This document shows, one piece after another, positions 24,236 through 27,217 of a stretch of DNA of 27,217 nucleotides. Under the pieces are notes generated by a model. That model worked only from the letters and a program-made list of their open reading frames with translations, was not told the origin of the DNA and searched no databases. The stretch's first letter is position 1; each line of letters begins with the position of its first letter. The stretch is from an uncultured Deferribacteres bacterium (GTDB taxonomy: Bacteria; Zhuqueibacterota; Zhuqueibacteria; Zhuqueibacterales; Geothermadaptataceae): positions 1 to 27,217 of the forward strand of contig CAXHAT010000103.1 of assembly GCA_964014485.1 (NCBI GenBank), read 5' to 3'. The position numbers were made by a program, and so were the translations under genes.

Positions 24236-26872
24236 TTATTTGCTCCTAAACACAACCATCGTGACGTCATCCGCGCGCGGTCTGTCTCCGGCCCAACTTT
24301 CTCCCGTCATTTTCAAATTTGAAATGATTTCTTGCGGCGACTTTTGGCCCGACGCTTTGAATAGGGATTTCACCTGCTCCCCGCCCAAAGTTTCACCGTC
24401 TTCGTTGAACATTTCTTCCAATCCGTCTGAGAGCAGAAGCACCGTGTCGCCTTTTTCGAGATCGATTTTTTTCTGCTGGTAGGGGAAATCCGGGAAGCTG
24501 CCCAGCGGCATGCCCTTGAGCACAATTTCCTCGACTTGCCCGGATCGCGCGCGATACAAAAGCGCGTAAGGCATCCCGGCGGCGGCGATTTCCAGCATTG
24601 AATTTGTAAATCTCGCCAGCGTCATCGCCATGTAAATTCGCGGGAAACCCATTGTTTTGATGGCGGCGGAGGATTTTTGCAGGATTTGCACCAGGTCGCA
24701 CTCGTGCGCCAGAGAATTGAACAGCCCCTTCGCGGTCGCGACCATCGTTCCCGCCTGTAAGCCGTGGCCGGTGGCGTCGCCGATGGCGGCGGTGAGCGTG
24801 CCGTCGTCTTCGAGCTTGAAATCGTAGTAATCGCCGCCGACTTCTGTGGCGGGCTGCATGTAAACCGCGACCTCAAGATCAGGCAGTTTCGGCGTGGATT
24901 TGGGCAGCATCGCCAACTGCAAGCGGCGGGCTTCTTCCAATTCGCGCGCCCTGCGCTGATTTTCCGCTTCGACTTTTGCTTTTGCCGCTTCCAGGCGTTG
25001 AAAATCTTCATAGCGCGCATAGGCGACGGCGAAAGCCTCGCCCAGCGATTGCATCAATTCGATTTCTTGTCCAGACAACGGTTCGTGACTGCCGACATAG
25101 AGCATGCCCTGCGCGAAGGGCGTGAGCTGCAGCGCCAGCTTTTCCGGCGGCGCTTCTCCGCCTTGATATTCTTTCCGGTTCTCGATTAGTCCTTGCTTCA
25201 CAAGCGACTGCGTCCATTCCAGAAATCGTTCGCGATCCCACTCATCCCGAAAAACCTTTCCCTGACGCCAATGGCGTATCGTCTCTTCGACCAATTCCAT
25301 ACCGCTGAACGGCAGATGCAAAACCGCCAGCGCTTCCCCTGTCGGCGTGGAAAGGTAAACGTGAGCCTGCCCGGACTCTTCATCCATGATAAAAACGCCG
25401 CTGCGAAAAAACGGCACGCCCAGCGCGTTCAGTTCGCGCCAAATGATCGGCGTGATGCGCTGTAAATCGTCGGTCGTACGCATGGAGGCGATTTCCGCGC
25501 GCACGCGGTCTAACGAAGTTTGCCGAACCGCTTCAAGGGCGCGCGCTTCAGCCTGCTGCAAATCCAGATAGCGCCGATACGTCAAGCTCAAAACCGAAGT
25601 AAAGCGCCGGAAGATTTGTAAAACGCTCTCAGGCATTTTCTCCTCCGTCCAAGCGAAAACAATCCCTTCCTTGAAGTAAAAGTAATTGCCGTGGTGTTCG
25701 ACGTCGGCGGCAAATTCCGGGACAGTGACCTGGGGGCGCAAAACTTGATAATATTTGGTGACGTCTTCTCCCTTCAAAACCGGAAAATATTCTTCCTGCT
25801 TTTCCCAGTGGGAATAAATGCCCTGCAAAACCGGATGTTCAAGCCGCTTCACTTCCCCAATCATTTCAAAGGAATCTCCCTGCTGCGTAGCGCTGGTAAA
25901 AGTGACGGACCATGAACGGGTTTCTTCATGAATTTCAGCAACGCCGCAACGCACCGGCGTGACGCCGAGATTTTTCAATTCTTTGAAGAAAACGCCCACA
26001 GTGTCGGACAAATCTTCGGAAGTGTGCATCGCCATCGCCTTGGCGCGCACGCGTTCAAGCGCAGCTTCAATCTGCGACTGCCTGGCTTGCTCTTCAGCTT
26101 GTTTCAAATCGAGAAAACGAGTGTAGGTTTGATCAAAAACTTTGGCGAAGCGCTTCAGCACTTCAACTTCCCCTACGTCCTTGTGATGCGAGAAATGCAA
26201 GAATCCGTGAGAAAAGAAGGCGTAGTGGACGACCTGCTTTTTTCTCATTTCCAGTACGCCGTGTTCATCGAAGAACTTGGCCAGATCGCTGAATATTTCA
26301 ACACGTTGCGCTTCCCAGTAGGCGTCCATTTTTTCGTTTTCCAACTCTTGTTCCCGGCCTTCAACCACGGACGTCAAGAAGTGGTCGCCATTCTTCCACG
26401 CCTGGTAGACTTTTCGCGTATTGTTGGTCAAATCATGTGGAAACGAAATCTTATGGGGGAAAATTTTTCCTTTTGTCGAAAAATAGAGCTCCCCCATATA
26501 ATTTTCGCGATTTAGAATGGTGAAACCGCAAACTGCCGGTTCAATATTCAGCGCCGTCAACTGCTGAAACAGGACGGACGCCGCTTCCGCCAGTTCCTCG
26601 CTATTGTGCATGGCCATCGTCCGTGCGCGTACGCGTTCCAGCGCGGCTTCGATTTGCGCCTCATGGGCTTGTTTTTCCGCCTGCTGCCGCAACACCCTAA
26701 GTTCTTTATGCAGAGCGATGTTAATCTTCTCATTCGAACCAGCCATTTTATCGAGATGCTGCAACTGCGTTTCATAACGTTTGACTTTCCTCTGCAGACG
26801 GTTTCTTTCTTTTTGCAATCGCCGGATTTGATCTTCCGAAGAATCTTGTGTTTTATTGTCGGTTTCTGCCAT
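24236..26872 (-). CDS. SpoIIE/RsbU-type PP2C phosphatase with N-terminal coiled coil and three tandem GAF-like modules
   Basis: PP2C motifs EVGGDYYDF, IGDATGHG, GMPLG, LLSDGL and DDVT. Three repeats begin LERVRARTMAMH, LERVRAKAMAMH and LDRVRAEIASMR and end YTRFLDL, YRRYLDL and YARYEDF. No TM segment. Confidence 0.92.
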   Translation of the reverse strand: MAETDNKTQDSSEDQIRRLQKERNRLQRKVKRYETQLQHLDKMAGSNEKINIALHKELRVLRQQAEKQAHEAQIEAALERVRARTMAMHNSEELAEAASVLFQQLTALNIEPAVCGFTILNRENYMGELYFSTKGKIFPHKISFPHDLTNNTRKVYQAWKNGDHFLTSVVEGREQELENEKMDAYWEAQRVEIFSDLAKFFDEHGVLEMRKKQVVHYAFFSHGFLHFSHHKDVGEVEVLKRFAKVFDQTYTRFLDLKQAEEQARQSQIEAALERVRAKAMAMHTSEDLSDTVGVFFKELKNLGVTPVRCGVAEIHEETRSWSVTFTSATQQGDSFEMIGEVKRLEHPVLQGIYSHWEKQEEYFPVLKGEDVTKYYQVLRPQVTVPEFAADVEHHGNYFYFKEGIVFAWTEEKMPESVLQIFRRFTSVLSLTYRRYLDLQQAEARALEAVRQTSLDRVRAEIASMRTTDDLQRITPIIWRELNALGVPFFRSGVFIMDEESGQAHVYLSTPTGEALAVLHLPFSGMELVEETIRHWRQGKVFRDEWDRERFLEWTQSLVKQGLIENRKEYQGGEAPPEKLALQLTPFAQGMLYVGSHEPLSGQEIELMQSLGEAFAVAYARYEDFQRLEAAKAKVEAENQRRARELEEARRLQLAMLPKSTPKLPDLEVAVYMQPATEVGGDYYDFKLEDDGTLTAAIGDATGHGLQAGTMVATAKGLFNSLAHECDLVQILQKSSAAIKTMGFPRIYMAMTLARFTNSMLEIAAAGMPYALLYRARSGQVEEIVLKGMPLGSFPDFPYQQKKIDLEKGDTVLLLSDGLEEMFNEDGETLGGEQVKSLFKASGQKSPQEIISNLKMTGESWAGDRPRADDVTMVVFRSK

Positions 26873-26894
26873 AATGAGTTTTCATTAAGAGTTC

Positions 26895-27022
26895 ACATGC
26901 CACTCCTGACGGAGCTTTTTGTCGTTTTATTCGACAACTTTCAAATCCAATCCCGTAGGGATGAAATATTTATAGCAAATGCAACACTCCTGCACGTTCC
27001 AAACTCCGTAGGAGTGACAAGT
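26895..27022. repeat. Cluster of three REP-like units adjacent to IS200-family tnpA
   Basis: ACATGCCACTCCTGACGGAGC (26895-26915) is inverted relative to ACTCCGTAGGAGTGACAAGT (27003-27022). ATCCCGTAGGGATGAAATATT (26950-26970) is a stem-covarying copy in the same orientation as the latter. Confidence 0.7.
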
Positions 27023-27039
27023 CAATGCACTACATCTCT

Positions 27040-27162
27040 TTATTCATCATCAATCCATTCAAAAAGATATTTCGAATCGAACTCAACGTTGAATTTCTCC
27101 AATATCTCAAGGTATTCTTCTTTAAACGTCTTTCGAGCATGATGCTGTTCTTGATTTTGAAT
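27040..27162 (-). pseudogene. tnpA: 3' remnant of an IS200/IS605-family (Y1 HUH) transposase
   Basis: Manual translation gives IQNQEQHHARKTFKEEYLEILEKFNVEFDSKYLFEWIDDE*, the characteristic (Y)IxNQExHH..xF.EE C-terminus. Homology stops abruptly at 27163. Confidence 0.85.
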
Positions 27163-27217
27163 CAGTAGTGTCCGGTTATAAGTCGAATAAATTCAATTGC
27201 TTGCAGCTTTCATGGTC
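27163..27217 (-). mobile_element. Right end of an IS4-family-like insertion sequence (partial)
   Basis: Minus strand encodes ...DHESCKQLNLFDL* (27217-27176), with a beta-clamp-type QLxLF motif, followed by TAACCGGACACTACTG, a terminal repeat of the type I recall for IS4-family elements. The junction coincides with the tnpA break. Confidence 0.72.

Noticed and set aside
26895..27022. CRISPR mini-array
   Set aside because: Units are non-identical, mixed in orientation and irregularly spaced, and there are no cas genes; a REP-like cluster fits better.
26606..27142. 178-aa plus-strand ORF
   Set aside because: Antisense shadow of the phosphatase 5' end, the REP units and the tnpA remnant.

Overview
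Bacterial window of roughly 50% GC (by eye). The gene style ('MIGET..HY.ILE.LG.GGMGVVYKA' kinases, TonB-dependent receptor plus DUF4249-like lipoprotein, sigma-54 promoter) suggests an FCB-group lineage such as KSB1 or Calditrichota; this is inference. Left to right: a 5'-truncated AddB-like nuclease; a convergent AT-rich HEPN-MNT pair; a secreted M28 peptidase; and a three-hairpin REP-like element. Next is a six-gene minus-strand envelope operon: small beta-barrel, paralogous barrel fused to a transglutaminase-like Cys-His-Glu domain, TonB-dependent receptor, DUF4249-like lipoprotein, FecR-like/TPR protein, DUF4097-like lipoprotein. It is preceded by a sigma-54 -24/-12 site, an IHF consensus site, two palindromes and a structured ~280-nt leader containing a terminator. 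Then come an S1-like protein, malQ, an aldo-keto reductase lacking the catalytic Tyr, and a PP2C phosphatase plus two membrane Ser/Thr kinase-TPR receptors. At the right edge are REP-like repeats beside an IS200-family tnpA remnant, cut at its catalytic Tyr position by an IS4-like element. The best candidate for an undescribed system is the sigma-54/leader-controlled barrel-transglutaminase-TBDR operon. No rRNA, tRNA or CRISPR array was seen.
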